In this document: piece after piece, positions 46,780 through 56,131 of the stretch
Position numbering within the stretch: position 1 is the stretch's first letter
Layout of the letters: each line of letters starts with the position of its first letter
Source of the DNA: Bacteroidota bacterium
GTDB lineage: Bacteria; Bacteroidota; Bacteroidia; UKL13-3
Reading direction: 5' to 3'
DNA length: 64,000 nucleotides
NCBI GenBank assembly: GCA_947457395.1
Contig: CANGVA010000002.1
Span: 81,234-145,233 of the forward strand
The notes under the pieces: generated by a model
Told to the model about the DNA's origin: nothing
Databases searched by the model: none
The model's input: the letters and a program-made list of their open reading frames with translations, nothing else
Translations under genes and position numbers: made by a program

Positions 46780-47574
46780 CTACTTGGTTGCAATCAAATA
46801 AATATCCCAGGTAAAATCCAGCTTTTCGGCTGTAAGATAAAAATCGGCCGTGCTTATCTGCAGGGTATCATTGTTTTGCTCTTTCAGGTCTTTGCGCATC
46901 AAAGTTGTTAAGAAATTATATGGCTTAACAAGCCAGGATGACGGCACCATTTTGTGTAAACCCAATGGGTCTAAACGCAGTATTTTTTTTGCCCAGCGTG
47001 CATTTTCTTCATAGTACTTATTTACCTTTTCATTTCCCTGCAGCCCCTTTAACTCTACCTGTTTAAAAACCGCATTGATTTCCTTCCGTATTTCGTCAAA
47101 GGTATACTCATGCACATGGAAAGGATTACGTGCAATACTCATTTTTATATTGGGCGTGGTACATAAAAAAACACCTCCGGGTTTAAGCACCCTATATACT
47201 TCCTTCATAAAACCCACCCGATCTTGTATGTGCTCAATGAACTGAAATGCGGTTACTACCTCCACACTTTCGCTTTCCAGCGGAATGGGTGGCACGCTAC
47301 CCGATTTAAAGGATAAATTATGTTTGGCCTTATGTTTCTCGCGCGCAATAGCGATCGTGGCTTCGCTGTAATCCACGCCAACCGTACTTAAGGTATAATC
47401 TGCAAGGTATTGTGTGCCATAGCCATCTGCACAGCCAATATCTGCAGTATGTTTTCCTTTTACATATTCACGTGCAAACTCATAAGCAAAAAAACAACGT
47501 TGCACCGTTACGTTATTGCTATCTTCAAAACTAGGTCTTTCTCTATCAAACATATTTGTTGGTTTAAGCCGCAA
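46780..47574 (-). CDS. Class I SAM-dependent methyltransferase
   Basis: Motif I DIGCADGYGTQYL and a post-I acidic residue, plus LKPGGVFL. Confidence 0.7.
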   Translation of the reverse strand: MRLKPTNMFDRERPSFEDSNNVTVQRCFFAYEFAREYVKGKHTADIGCADGYGTQYLADYTLSTVGVDYSEATIAIAREKHKAKHNLSFKSGSVPPIPLESESVEVVTAFQFIEHIQDRVGFMKEVYRVLKPGGVFLCTTPNIKMSIARNPFHVHEYTFDEIRKEINAVFKQVELKGLQGNEKVNKYYEENARWAKKILRLDPLGLHKMVPSSWLVKPYNFLTTLMRKDLKEQNNDTLQISTADFYLTAEKLDFTWDIYLIATK

Positions 47575-47642
47575 TTAAACAACGGCTGCGCAATGGCAAA
47601 CAAAAATAAACATTTCCTTAACTTGCCCTAAAATTAAACGCC

Positions 47643-48302
47643 ATGGATCTTAGAAAAGTAAACGGTTTTTTAATTAGGCTTAGAAAAAACAATAACAAAG
47701 AATGGTTTGATACCAACAGGGCCGAATATGAAGGACTGCGAAAAGAATGGATGGGATTAGCGCAATCATTAATAGATGTCGTTTCTGGATTTGATGCAAA
47801 CGTAAGCGGACTTGCACCCAAAGATTGCATGTTTAAAATTAACCGGGATGTTAGGTTTTCAAAAGATAAGTCGCCCTATAAAACCAACTTTGGTATTGCC
47901 ATCAATAAAGGCGGCAAAAGGGCTCCGTTTTGCGGATACTATCTGCATATAGAGCCCGGCAATTGCTTTATTGCAGGTGGGGCGTATATGCCGGAACCGG
48001 CAATGCTATCTGCCATTAGGCAGGAAATTGACTACAACACCGCTGCTTTTGAAAAAATTATTTCAGATAAAACCTTTAAAAAACTATTTGGTACCATAAG
48101 TGGCGATAAACTTGCCAGGCCACCAAAAGGTTATGATGCAAACAACCCTGCAATTGCGTATTTAAAACACAAAAGCTTTTTAGCTGAAATGAAATTAGAC
48201 GAAGAGAGTTTGGGGGATAAGGCTTCGATAAAAATTATTACACAAGGATTTAAAGCCATGAAGCCGCTGGTAGCTTTTTTGCAGGATGCCCATGCGTCAT
48301 AA
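47643..48302 (+). CDS. TIGR02453/DUF2461 family conserved hypothetical protein
   Basis: The N-terminal LRKNNNKEWFDTNRAEYE signature is typical of this family. Confidence 0.6.
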   Translation: MDLRKVNGFLIRLRKNNNKEWFDTNRAEYEGLRKEWMGLAQSLIDVVSGFDANVSGLAPKDCMFKINRDVRFSKDKSPYKTNFGIAINKGGKRAPFCGYYLHIEPGNCFIAGGAYMPEPAMLSAIRQEIDYNTAAFEKIISDKTFKKLFGTISGDKLARPPKGYDANNPAIAYLKHKSFLAEMKLDEESLGDKASIKIITQGFKAMKPLVAFLQDAHAS

Positions 48303-48349
48303 AAAAGGCCGCCTTTTAAAGCACCCTTTGGAATGATTGGATATGTTTA

Positions 48350-49141
48350 TTATTTTCCTTTGAAAGCAGCAGGGCGTTTATTTAAAAATGCCTGGGTTCC
48401 CTCTTTAAAATCCTCACTGCCAAAGAAATTTCCGAACTCATTAATTTCTACATTGTTTCCATCAAGTTTCTTTTCATAGTAAGCATTTACGCAGCGAATA
48501 ACTGATGATATGGCTAATGGGGACTTGGTTTTTATCTTGTTCAGAATCTCTTCGCATTTAGGAATAAGTTGATCCAATGCTACCACATGATTTACCAAGC
48601 CCAGACGATGTGCTTCTTGAGCGTTTATAACGTCTGCGGTCATCAGTAATTCCAAAGCGCGGCCACGGCCTATCAGTTGAGCCAAACGTTGGGTTCCTGC
48701 ATAGCCGGGGGTAATACCAAGATTCACTTCGGGCTGACCAAATTTGGCATTTTCCGAAGCAATACGGATGTGGCAAGACATGGCCAATTCATTTCCTCCG
48801 CCAAGAGCAAAACCATTTACCGCAGCAATTACGGGCTTAGGGGAACACTCGATTGCATTTAGCACAGCATGTCCTTCTGCACTCATCCGTGTGCCTTCTT
48901 CTACATTGAAATTAGCAAACTCTTCAATATCCGCTCCGGCAGCAAAAGCCTTTGGACCTGCACCGGTAATAATTACACCTTTTACCGTATTGTCTTCATA
49001 TGTGCTAAGCACAGCATTTTTAATATCAGTCAATGTTTGGATATTTAATGCATTTAGTTTGCTTTCACGATTAATCGTGATGTAAAAAATTTCGTTTTCC
49101 GATTTGGTTAAAATGGTTTGGTACATAGGTGACGCACTCAT
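48350..49141 (-). CDS. Enoyl-CoA hydratase/isomerase (crotonase) family protein
   Basis: Oxyanion-hole region AAVNGFALGGGNELAMSCHIRIASENA and GAGPKAFAAGADIEEF. Confidence 0.8.
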   Translation of the reverse strand: MSASPMYQTILTKSENEIFYITINRESKLNALNIQTLTDIKNAVLSTYEDNTVKGVIITGAGPKAFAAGADIEEFANFNVEEGTRMSAEGHAVLNAIECSPKPVIAAVNGFALGGGNELAMSCHIRIASENAKFGQPEVNLGITPGYAGTQRLAQLIGRGRALELLMTADVINAQEAHRLGLVNHVVALDQLIPKCEEILNKIKTKSPLAISSVIRCVNAYYEKKLDGNNVEINEFGNFFGSEDFKEGTQAFLNKRPAAFKGK

Positions 49142-49266
49142 TGTTCTGTTAATTATATTAATTTACCTGTTGCTTTAAGCGAAAAAGCGATGCAAGGTTA
49201 AGCGTATTTTTTATAAAATCTGTTTTGTAAGTTGCTTTTTTTGTGCACAAAGAAGTCTGCTGAAAA

Positions 49267-49674
49267 TCAGACTATACGATTGGCCTTTACCCAATTTTTT
49301 ATGTAATCAGCTATTTCGTTTGTATGTGCTCCGGGGGCAAACAGTTTGCCGACACCCATCTGTTGCAGTGCCTGCATATCATCATCAGGAATAATGCCTC
49401 CGCCTGTTAGCAATACGTCTTGCAGGCCTTCTTTTTTCATTAATTCTATCATTTTGGGGAAAACCGTATTGTGTGCACCCGAAAGAATGCTCACACCAAT
49501 TACGTCCACATCCTCCTGCAATGCTGCCTGCACAACCATTTCAGGTGTTTGGCGCAGGCCGGTATAAATTACTTCCATGCCTGCATCTCTTAATGCGGTA
49601 GCTATTATTTTTGCTCCTCTGTCGTGCCCGTCTAATCCTACTTTAGCAACCAATACACGTATGGGTCTGTTCAT
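49267..49674 (-). CDS. Cobalamin (B12)-binding domain protein, similar to the methylmalonyl-CoA mutase C-terminal domain/small subunit
   Basis: DxHxxG motif ([10 protein letters not shown]) and a Rossmann-like B12-binding domain. 135 aa, standalone. Confidence 0.8.
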   Translation of the reverse strand: MNRPIRVLVAKVGLDGHDRGAKIIATALRDAGMEVIYTGLRQTPEMVVQAALQEDVDVIGVSILSGAHNTVFPKMIELMKKEGLQDVLLTGGGIIPDDDMQALQQMGVGKLFAPGAHTNEIADYIKNWVKANRIV

Positions 49675-49683
49675 GTTTATTAA

Positions 49684-50298
49684 TTATTTTACCCTGCGCA
49701 AATGTAGCGGCTTTTCTTTTGAAACATATTTTTCAAACAGGAAATTAAGGCTTGCCTCTCCCATTTTAAAAACAACTGAGGTATCTGAAGATGAATGTTT
49801 CAAGTTACGCATCTTCACTTCGTTGGGTACTACTACTCTTTTATACGACCCGTCTGTTTGCCTCACATAAGCCTCGCTAACAAAAAGCGTAAAAAGCTTT
49901 TCGCTATACTTTTTACTATGATCTATGCTATAAAAATACAAGTTGTTTTTATCGGCTTTCACAACAGAGACGGTCCATGCATTAGGTATATTTTCATCTC
50001 TATTACTCAACGCATAATATTTACCAAATCTGGAAAATACAACAGTATCGCTTAATATGAGTGGGTCACCTCCAGCCTTGGAGCCGGGTATGGGCATAAT
50101 GCGGTCTGCCATAATCCTTACAGCTGCGCTGTCTTTTTTAAACATATAAAGAAAAGATGGTTTTTCATGGAAGTAATATTCACCATGCAATTCAGCAGGT
50201 ATGCTGCTAAGTTTCTCACCCGGATAACGATCGAAGTGTGCAGCACAGCCGCATAAAATGAGCAGCAATAAAATGGTGGCTGAATTCATTGTTTTCAT
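49684..50298 (-). CDS. Putative lipoprotein of unknown function
   Basis: Signal peptide with a lipobox-like LILCGCAA. No family recognised. Confidence 0.45.
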   Translation of the reverse strand: MKTMNSATILLLLILCGCAAHFDRYPGEKLSSIPAELHGEYYFHEKPSFLYMFKKDSAAVRIMADRIMPIPGSKAGGDPLILSDTVVFSRFGKYYALSNRDENIPNAWTVSVVKADKNNLYFYSIDHSKKYSEKLFTLFVSEAYVRQTDGSYKRVVVPNEVKMRNLKHSSSDTSVVFKMGEASLNFLFEKYVSKEKPLHLRRVK

Positions 50299-50309
50299 AC
50301 CGGTAGTCA

Positions 50310-51842
50310 TTACGAAGCTAATTTAGCCAAAGCGTTTTGCAACCGCTTAGTTGTATTTTCTCTGCCAAATAAAGCAGCCATTTCAAAAACAGGTGGACCT
50401 GAACCAACACCGGAAAGCATTACCCTGAACAGCTGCAGAAAATCTTTATTGGCCACTTCGTTCTTTGCCAGCGCATCATTGTAAGCGGCTTCTATGGATG
50501 CTGCATCAAATGCAGGTAAACCTGCAAATGCATCCATCAGCTGTTGGGTAACCGGTGCCGACTTTTCATTCCATCTTTTTGCAACCACGACTTCATCATA
50601 GCTATCGGGTTCAATAAAAAAGTATTGACTGTATGTCCACAATTCACTTATAAATGTAATCTTTTCTTTAACCAGCCTGCAAACCGCCAGCACATATTCA
50701 TTACCTGCATCTATTGCTTTTTTTTGCAGGGTTTTGTTTAATGCGGATGCCAATAGCACCTCATCCGTTTTTCTGATGTATTGCTGATTAAACCACTTAG
50801 CCTTGTTCAGGTCGAACTTGGCTCCCGATTTGCTTACGCGATCTAGACCAAATGCGGCTATGAGTTCTGCCATACTAAACATTTCCTGCTGGGTTCCAGG
50901 ATTCCAGCCGAGAAAAGCAAGCAGGTTTACAACTGCATCAGGCAGGTAACCTGTTTCTCTGTAACCACTTGAAATTTCTCCGCTTGCAGGGTCTTTCCAC
51001 TCCAGAGGAAAAACAGGAAAGCCAAGGCGGTCACCATCGCGTTTACTTAATTTTCCATTACCTTCAGGCTTAAGCAATAATGGCAAATGAGCAAATTTTG
51101 GCATCACTTCTTCCCATCCCAGATAACGGTACAATAAAACATGTAAGGGTGCAGAGGGCAACCATTCTTCACCGCGTATGACATGCGAAATTTGCATCAG
51201 GTAATCATCTACTACGTTGGCCAAATGATAGGTAGGCATGCCATCACTTTTAAACAACACCTTATCATCCATCTGTGAAGTGTTAAAACTAACCCAGCCT
51301 CTTATTTCATCATGAAACTTAACTTCATCCTTGCGCGGAAGTTTAATGCGCACCACATATGGCTCACCGCTTTCCAGCCTGCGTTTTACTTCATCTTCCG
51401 GCAGGGTAAGTGAGTTTTTCATTGCGGCTCTTGTAATTGCATCATATTTGGCATCTACATTGGAGGCCTTCAAACGCTCGCGCATAGATTCCAACTCTTC
51501 TGCAGTATCAAAAGCATAATATGCATGTCCGCTTGAAATGAGTTGTTCTACATACTGCCTGTACATGGGCTTTCGCTCACTCTGGCGGTATGGTGCATAT
51601 TGGCCATCTCCAAAACCCACACCTTCGTTTGGTGTAATGCCCAGCCATTTTAATGCTTCTATGATATACTCTTCGGCACCGGGCACAAAACGTGTTTGAT
51701 CCGTATCTTCAATACGCAGAATAAAATCTCCACCATGCTTTTTTGCCAAGAGATAATTATACAATGCGGTTCTTACACCGCCAATATGCAGCGGCCCGGT
51801 TGGGCTGGGAGCAAAGCGAACACGAACTCTTCTGTCTTCCAT
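50310..51842 (-). CDS. gltX: Glutamate--tRNA ligase
   Basis: HIGG motif (APSPTGPLHIGGVRTAL) and KMSKS-like KLSKRDG. The start was trimmed to MEDRRV. Confidence 0.9.
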   Translation of the reverse strand: MEDRRVRVRFAPSPTGPLHIGGVRTALYNYLLAKKHGGDFILRIEDTDQTRFVPGAEEYIIEALKWLGITPNEGVGFGDGQYAPYRQSERKPMYRQYVEQLISSGHAYYAFDTAEELESMRERLKASNVDAKYDAITRAAMKNSLTLPEDEVKRRLESGEPYVVRIKLPRKDEVKFHDEIRGWVSFNTSQMDDKVLFKSDGMPTYHLANVVDDYLMQISHVIRGEEWLPSAPLHVLLYRYLGWEEVMPKFAHLPLLLKPEGNGKLSKRDGDRLGFPVFPLEWKDPASGEISSGYRETGYLPDAVVNLLAFLGWNPGTQQEMFSMAELIAAFGLDRVSKSGAKFDLNKAKWFNQQYIRKTDEVLLASALNKTLQKKAIDAGNEYVLAVCRLVKEKITFISELWTYSQYFFIEPDSYDEVVVAKRWNEKSAPVTQQLMDAFAGLPAFDAASIEAAYNDALAKNEVANKDFLQLFRVMLSGVGSGPPVFEMAALFGRENTTKRLQNALAKLAS

Positions 51843-51910
51843 ATGAGGCGGCAAAGATACGAATATAATGCAAAGTGCAGCGGCAAGAGCAAAGCGGCAG
51901 CCTGCAATTT

Positions 51911-52606
51911 TTAGCGCGAAACGGCCATTGAAAGCAGGCTTTCAAATAGCAGGCGACCATCGGTATTATATAAATCAGCATCAACCGCCCGTTCCGGATG
52001 TGGCATCATGCCAAATACGTTTCTTTTCTCATTACAAATACCTGCAATATTCTCTAATGAACCATTGGGGTTGGCCTCATCAGTTATATTGCCTTGCTCA
52101 TCACAATACCTGAACAATATCTGATCATTGGCTTTAAGTGATGCCAGCGTTGGATCATCACAATAATATTTACCCTCCCCATGGGCAATGGGTATCTTAA
52201 GCGCTGTGCCAGGTATAATAGTGGAGGTAATTGCGCTATTACTTGTTTGCGCGCTGATAAAAACATTTTTACAGTTAAACTTCTGATGTGCATTGTGCAG
52301 CAATGCTCCGGGCAACAAATGCGATTCGCACAAAATCTGAAAACCATTGCATACACCAAAAACGACCCCGCCTTTTGATGCAAATTCAATCACATGTTGC
52401 ATAATTGGCGAAAAACGCGCAATGGCACCGCTGCGCAGGTAATCTCCATAACTAAATCCGCCCGGAAGAAAAATTAAATCGCAGCCTTGCAAATCATTGT
52501 CCTTGTGCCAAAGTGTTAACGTTTCGCAACCAAATTGATTTTGAAAGGCATAAACTGCGTCCTGATCACAGTTAGAGCCCGGAAAAATAACTACACCAAC
52601 TTTCAT
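51911..52606 (-). CDS. purQ: Phosphoribosylformylglycinamidine synthase subunit PurQ (glutaminase)
   Basis: MKVGVVIFPGSNCDQD N-terminus, a type-I glutamine amidotransferase catalytic Cys (GVCNGFQ) and the His/Glu pair near the C-terminus. Confidence 0.9.
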   Translation of the reverse strand: MKVGVVIFPGSNCDQDAVYAFQNQFGCETLTLWHKDNDLQGCDLIFLPGGFSYGDYLRSGAIARFSPIMQHVIEFASKGGVVFGVCNGFQILCESHLLPGALLHNAHQKFNCKNVFISAQTSNSAITSTIIPGTALKIPIAHGEGKYYCDDPTLASLKANDQILFRYCDEQGNITDEANPNGSLENIAGICNEKRNVFGMMPHPERAVDADLYNTDGRLLFESLLSMAVSR

Positions 52607-52692
52607 AAAGCATGTAATAATATGAGGCGAAAGTAGTAATAAAAAGCAATAAGCTCATAGAAAAACAGAAAGTATTGCCTCTAATTAATGGA

Positions 52693-53322
52693 TTAGCTAA
52701 GTGTAAAAAATTCTTCCTTTTCGGTAGTATGGTTTCTAATAACTCCCGCGCTTACCAGATTAATGAGCATGCGTTGTGCACGCCACCTTGATATATTAAG
52801 GAGTTTACACAATTGCTTAAGTGTTATTTTATTGTTTTTATCCAAATAATGCAGCAACGACTGCTCGTGTTTGGTATAGGTTATCAGTGTGTTTTGCCCG
52901 GCCGATTGGCGTTTTAATACATCTACCACCACCTTGCTTGCTAAAAGTGATTGGTCTTTTACCCTGACATAAACCCACCAGCGGCCATCTTCTCCTTTTG
53001 CATAATAGGGTTTGTCTTTGCCGGCTGCAATTTTTGCCTCAATTACTGTTTTGTTACCCAACTCCCACTCCGTTAACTCGAGCTTTACTTCGGGTTTACA
53101 ATAGAAGGCTGAAGCTAGTTCCAGCATATACTTCTCGTCTTCGCTTTTTACCCCTGAAATGGTTTTATTATCATTTACGCCCACCAGCAACACGCCTCCC
53201 TTATGGTTGGCGAACGCAGCCATGGTTTTGGCAATTTTTGCGGCACTCGAGATGGTTTTTTTAAAATCGAGCGATTCGCTTTCGCCTTTGGCTATCAGTT
53301 GTAAAATGGGGTGCAGCGGCAT
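52693..53322 (-). CDS. AlbA_2 (divergent AAA/Schlafen-like) DNA-binding domain protein with a C-terminal wHTH; putative transcriptional regulator
   Basis: ESESLDFKK...GGVLLVGVNDNKTISGV pattern of the AlbA_2 domain, and a C-terminal LKQLCKLLNISRWRAQRMLINL HTH. Confidence 0.55.
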   Translation of the reverse strand: MPLHPILQLIAKGESESLDFKKTISSAAKIAKTMAAFANHKGGVLLVGVNDNKTISGVKSEDEKYMLELASAFYCKPEVKLELTEWELGNKTVIEAKIAAGKDKPYYAKGEDGRWWVYVRVKDQSLLASKVVVDVLKRQSAGQNTLITYTKHEQSLLHYLDKNNKITLKQLCKLLNISRWRAQRMLINLVSAGVIRNHTTEKEEFFTLS

Positions 53323-53360
53323 CTTTGGTGAATAATTATTAAACTATTCAATTTTTCATT

Positions 53361-53390
53361 TTGAGGCAAGATATGTCGGAATTACATTTG
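53361..53390 (+). promoter_or_regulatory. Candidate Bacteroidota sigma-A promoter for the isocitrate dehydrogenase gene
   Basis: TTG (53361-53363), a 19-bp spacer and TACATTTG (53383-53390), about 40 nt upstream of the ATG. Confidence 0.35.
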
Positions 53391-53426
53391 CGACAATTTT
53401 AAAAACAGTAAACAATTAAAAACTAT

Positions 53427-54872
53427 ATGAAAATAGCAGTTGCAAAGGGTGATGGCATAGGCCCGGAAATCATGGATGCGGTGTTACGCATATTTCATGC
53501 TGCAGGCGTTCCGCTTGAATATGAATTTATTGAAATGGGCAAAACTTATTTTGAGCAGGGCAATAATACCGGCATGACCCCAAAGGCAAAAGAAATTGTA
53601 GAATCGCTAGGTGTTTTGTTTAAAGGCCCTATGGAAACCCCTAAGGGTAAAGGCATGAAGAGCATTAATGTAACTGCACGCAAAACCTGGAGCACTTATG
53701 CCAACCGCAGACATTTTCAATCATTGCCGGGCGTAGATACCGTTTTTAGTAAGGCCGGTATTCCGATAGATATAACAATTGTGCGAGAAAATATTGAGGG
53801 TACTTATGGTGGCATTGAGCATTTAAACACCAATGATGTGGCCATTTGTCGCAGAATAATTTCAAGGCCCGGCTCTGAGCAGGTTGTTCGTTTTGCGTTT
53901 GAAATGGCCCGCAAAGAGGGGTTTACCAAGGTAACCTGTGCGCATAAAGCCAATATTATGAAGCTAACCGATGGGTTGTTTCTGGAAACTTTTCAGGAGG
54001 TAGCAAAAGAGTACCCTGAAATAAATAGCAATGATATTATTGTAGACGACCTTGCTATGAAACTGGTGGCACGCCCACATGAGTTTCAGGTGGTGGTGCT
54101 AACCAACCTGCAAGGAGACATTATGAGTGATTTGTGTGCCGGATTGGTTGGAGGCTTAGGTTTTGCGCCCTCTGCAAACATAGGTGATAACATCTCCATA
54201 TTTGAGGCTGTACATGGAACCGCACCCGATATCGCAGGTAAGTTACTGGCCAACCCAACATCTTTATTGCTTAGTGGTTTAATGATGCTGCGTCACCTGG
54301 GTTATGTAAAACATGGAGCCGAAATTGAGAACGCTTTGCGCTATACCCTAGAACAAGGAACCCACACGGCAGATTTCGGAGATCGCACCATTGCTCCATC
54401 CAATACCAACGAGTTTGCTGATGCAATTATCAAAAATCTTGGTCAAAGGCCTCAGTTCTCCAAGCCAAGAGAAGCGAAAGACGATGTTAAATTATTTGTG
54501 AAGCCCGCTAAGCCTGCAAAGCAAAAAATGATGGAAACTACCAAGGATGCTGAAGCTAGAAAAATTGCCGGTGTTGATTTCTTTATAGAATCAGCCTTGC
54601 TTGGACCTGAAATTGCAGATAAACTGAAACTGCATTTAGGTACCAATCAAGAATTAACCATGATTTCAAATCGTGGAACAATGGTTTGGCCCACAGGATC
54701 CATTTTTACTGAGTGTGTAAACCACTATAGGGTGCGTGTAGAAGGGGAAATGAGCCAACATGAAATTTATTCTTTGTTATCTTCTGTTAGCAAAGATTTT
54801 TACATCCCTTCTCATGAGGTGCTCAGGGTTTATGGTGAGAAAAAAGGATACTCCCTTGCACAGGGTCAGTAA
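53427..54872 (+). CDS. idh: Isocitrate dehydrogenase (isocitrate/isopropylmalate dehydrogenase family, likely NAD-dependent) with an approximately 130-aa C-terminal extension
   Basis: MKIAVAKGDGIGPEIM, NLQGDIMSDLCAGLVGGLG and other IDH/IMDH family motifs. The C-terminal extension has no obvious family. Confidence 0.8.
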   Translation: MKIAVAKGDGIGPEIMDAVLRIFHAAGVPLEYEFIEMGKTYFEQGNNTGMTPKAKEIVESLGVLFKGPMETPKGKGMKSINVTARKTWSTYANRRHFQSLPGVDTVFSKAGIPIDITIVRENIEGTYGGIEHLNTNDVAICRRIISRPGSEQVVRFAFEMARKEGFTKVTCAHKANIMKLTDGLFLETFQEVAKEYPEINSNDIIVDDLAMKLVARPHEFQVVVLTNLQGDIMSDLCAGLVGGLGFAPSANIGDNISIFEAVHGTAPDIAGKLLANPTSLLLSGLMMLRHLGYVKHGAEIENALRYTLEQGTHTADFGDRTIAPSNTNEFADAIIKNLGQRPQFSKPREAKDDVKLFVKPAKPAKQKMMETTKDAEARKIAGVDFFIESALLGPEIADKLKLHLGTNQELTMISNRGTMVWPTGSIFTECVNHYRVRVEGEMSQHEIYSLLSSVSKDFYIPSHEVLRVYGEKKGYSLAQGQ

Positions 54873-54935
54873 TGGCCACTTGTTATTAACAGATTTTTTT
54901 ATGAAACCATTTTTACCTACTTTGGTTAATAAGTT

Positions 54936-55388
54936 ATGTGGTTAAATATTCTTATTGTATTTGCTACCTTTTGGTTCATGGAATTCATGGCCTGGTTCAC
55001 ACATAAGTTTGTTATGCATGGCCTGCTATGGTATTTGCATAAAGACCACCATCAGGTAGAACCGGGCTTCTTTGAGAAGAACGATAGTTTCTTCCTCATA
55101 TTTGCAGTACCAAGCGCTTACTGTTATATCACAGGATTGATGCATCATGATTTTCGCCTGTATATTGGCATTGGCATCTCCTTATATGGAATTGCCTATT
55201 TTTTGGTGCATGATATCATTATACACCAACGCTTTAAAATTTGGACCCACTGGAACAACCGTTATGTGCGTGCTATCAGAAGGGCGCATAAACTGCACCA
55301 CAAACACCTTGGAAAAGAGCAAGGCGAAAATTTTGGCATGCTTGTGGTGCCTCTCAAATACTGGAAAGATCCTAACTCCACCAAATAG
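54936..55388 (+). CDS. crtZ: Beta-carotene 3-hydroxylase (CrtZ, fatty acid hydroxylase superfamily)
   Basis: His boxes HKFVMHG, HKDHH, HDIIIHQRF and HKLHHKH. Confidence 0.8.
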   Translation: MWLNILIVFATFWFMEFMAWFTHKFVMHGLLWYLHKDHHQVEPGFFEKNDSFFLIFAVPSAYCYITGLMHHDFRLYIGIGISLYGIAYFLVHDIIIHQRFKIWTHWNNRYVRAIRRAHKLHHKHLGKEQGENFGMLVVPLKYWKDPNSTK

Positions 55389-55391
55389 CCT

Positions 55392-56081
55392 ATGTCGCTT
55401 TACGCTTGGTTAATGCTGGCTTCCTTTGTTTTTCCTTTTTTGTTAAGTTTTGACAAAAAAGTTGCTTTTTACAAAAGCTGGGGCCCTTTGTTTGCCGGCA
55501 TAGCACTGAATGGTACGTTGTTTATTTTATGGGATGGTTGGTTTGCGCGGACCGGGGTATGGGGCTTTAATCCTGAGTATGTGTGGCACATACGTTTAAA
55601 TAGTTTACCGCTGGAAGAATGGAGTTTTTTTGTAGTTGTGCCTTATGCTTCTGTTTTTATTTATGCTTGCACAAAAGCTTACATTAAGACTGAGCCTTTT
55701 AAAAACAACAAACACCATATCACTTTATTTTTTCTGGTATTAACATTTGTTGTAGCCCTATTCAGCACGCAAAAAACCTATACTTTTTACAATGCCCTTA
55801 TTGCATCTGTATTGTTGCTCATACATTACCTGTTTCTTAAAACTCCTTGGATGGGCTACTTCTGGCTTGCATACTTATTACACCTAGTGCCTTTTTGCAT
55901 TGTCAATGGTATCCTTACAGGAGCTGTTACGCCACAACCGGTTGTTTGGTATAATCAGGAGGAAATACTTGGCTTGCGCCTCTACACCATTCCTGTTGAA
56001 GATACAGTTTATGCATTAACCTGCTTATTACTTCCTATTACAGTAATGGAAGCATTGATAAGCAGAAAAAGTAAGGCATAA
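55392..56081 (+). CDS. Lycopene cyclase domain protein (fused CrtYcd-type heterodimeric cyclase)
   Basis: Two halves of about 100 aa, each with 3 TM segments, in the position next to crtZ. The family call is by architecture and was not verified. Confidence 0.6.
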   Translation: MSLYAWLMLASFVFPFLLSFDKKVAFYKSWGPLFAGIALNGTLFILWDGWFARTGVWGFNPEYVWHIRLNSLPLEEWSFFVVVPYASVFIYACTKAYIKTEPFKNNKHHITLFFLVLTFVVALFSTQKTYTFYNALIASVLLLIHYLFLKTPWMGYFWLAYLLHLVPFCIVNGILTGAVTPQPVVWYNQEEILGLRLYTIPVEDTVYALTCLLLPITVMEALISRKSKA

Positions 56082-56084
56082 AAA

Positions 56085-56115
56085 AACTCCGGCACCATAC
56101 ACCGGAGTTTATTAT
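56085..56115. terminator. Bidirectional rho-independent terminator between the cyclase gene and maeB
   Basis: AACTCCGG-N9-CCGGAGTT stem with an A tract upstream and a T-rich tract downstream. Confidence 0.55.
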
Positions 56116-56131
56116 TCATTTATTACCATTA

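Noticed and set aside
45161-47574. Restriction-modification or defence island interpretation of the Fic, repeat-protein and methyltransferase stretch
   Set aside because: The methyltransferase has a small-molecule/protein class I fold with no DNA methyltransferase motifs (no DPPY or PCQ). No nuclease, ATPase or integrase is present. The stretch is treated as ordinary accessory genes.
49249-49272. Hairpin GTCTGCTGAAAATCAGAC overlapping the stop codon of the B12-binding protein gene
   Set aside because: The 6-bp stem has no adjacent T-tract on the transcribed strand. It is too weak to call a terminator.
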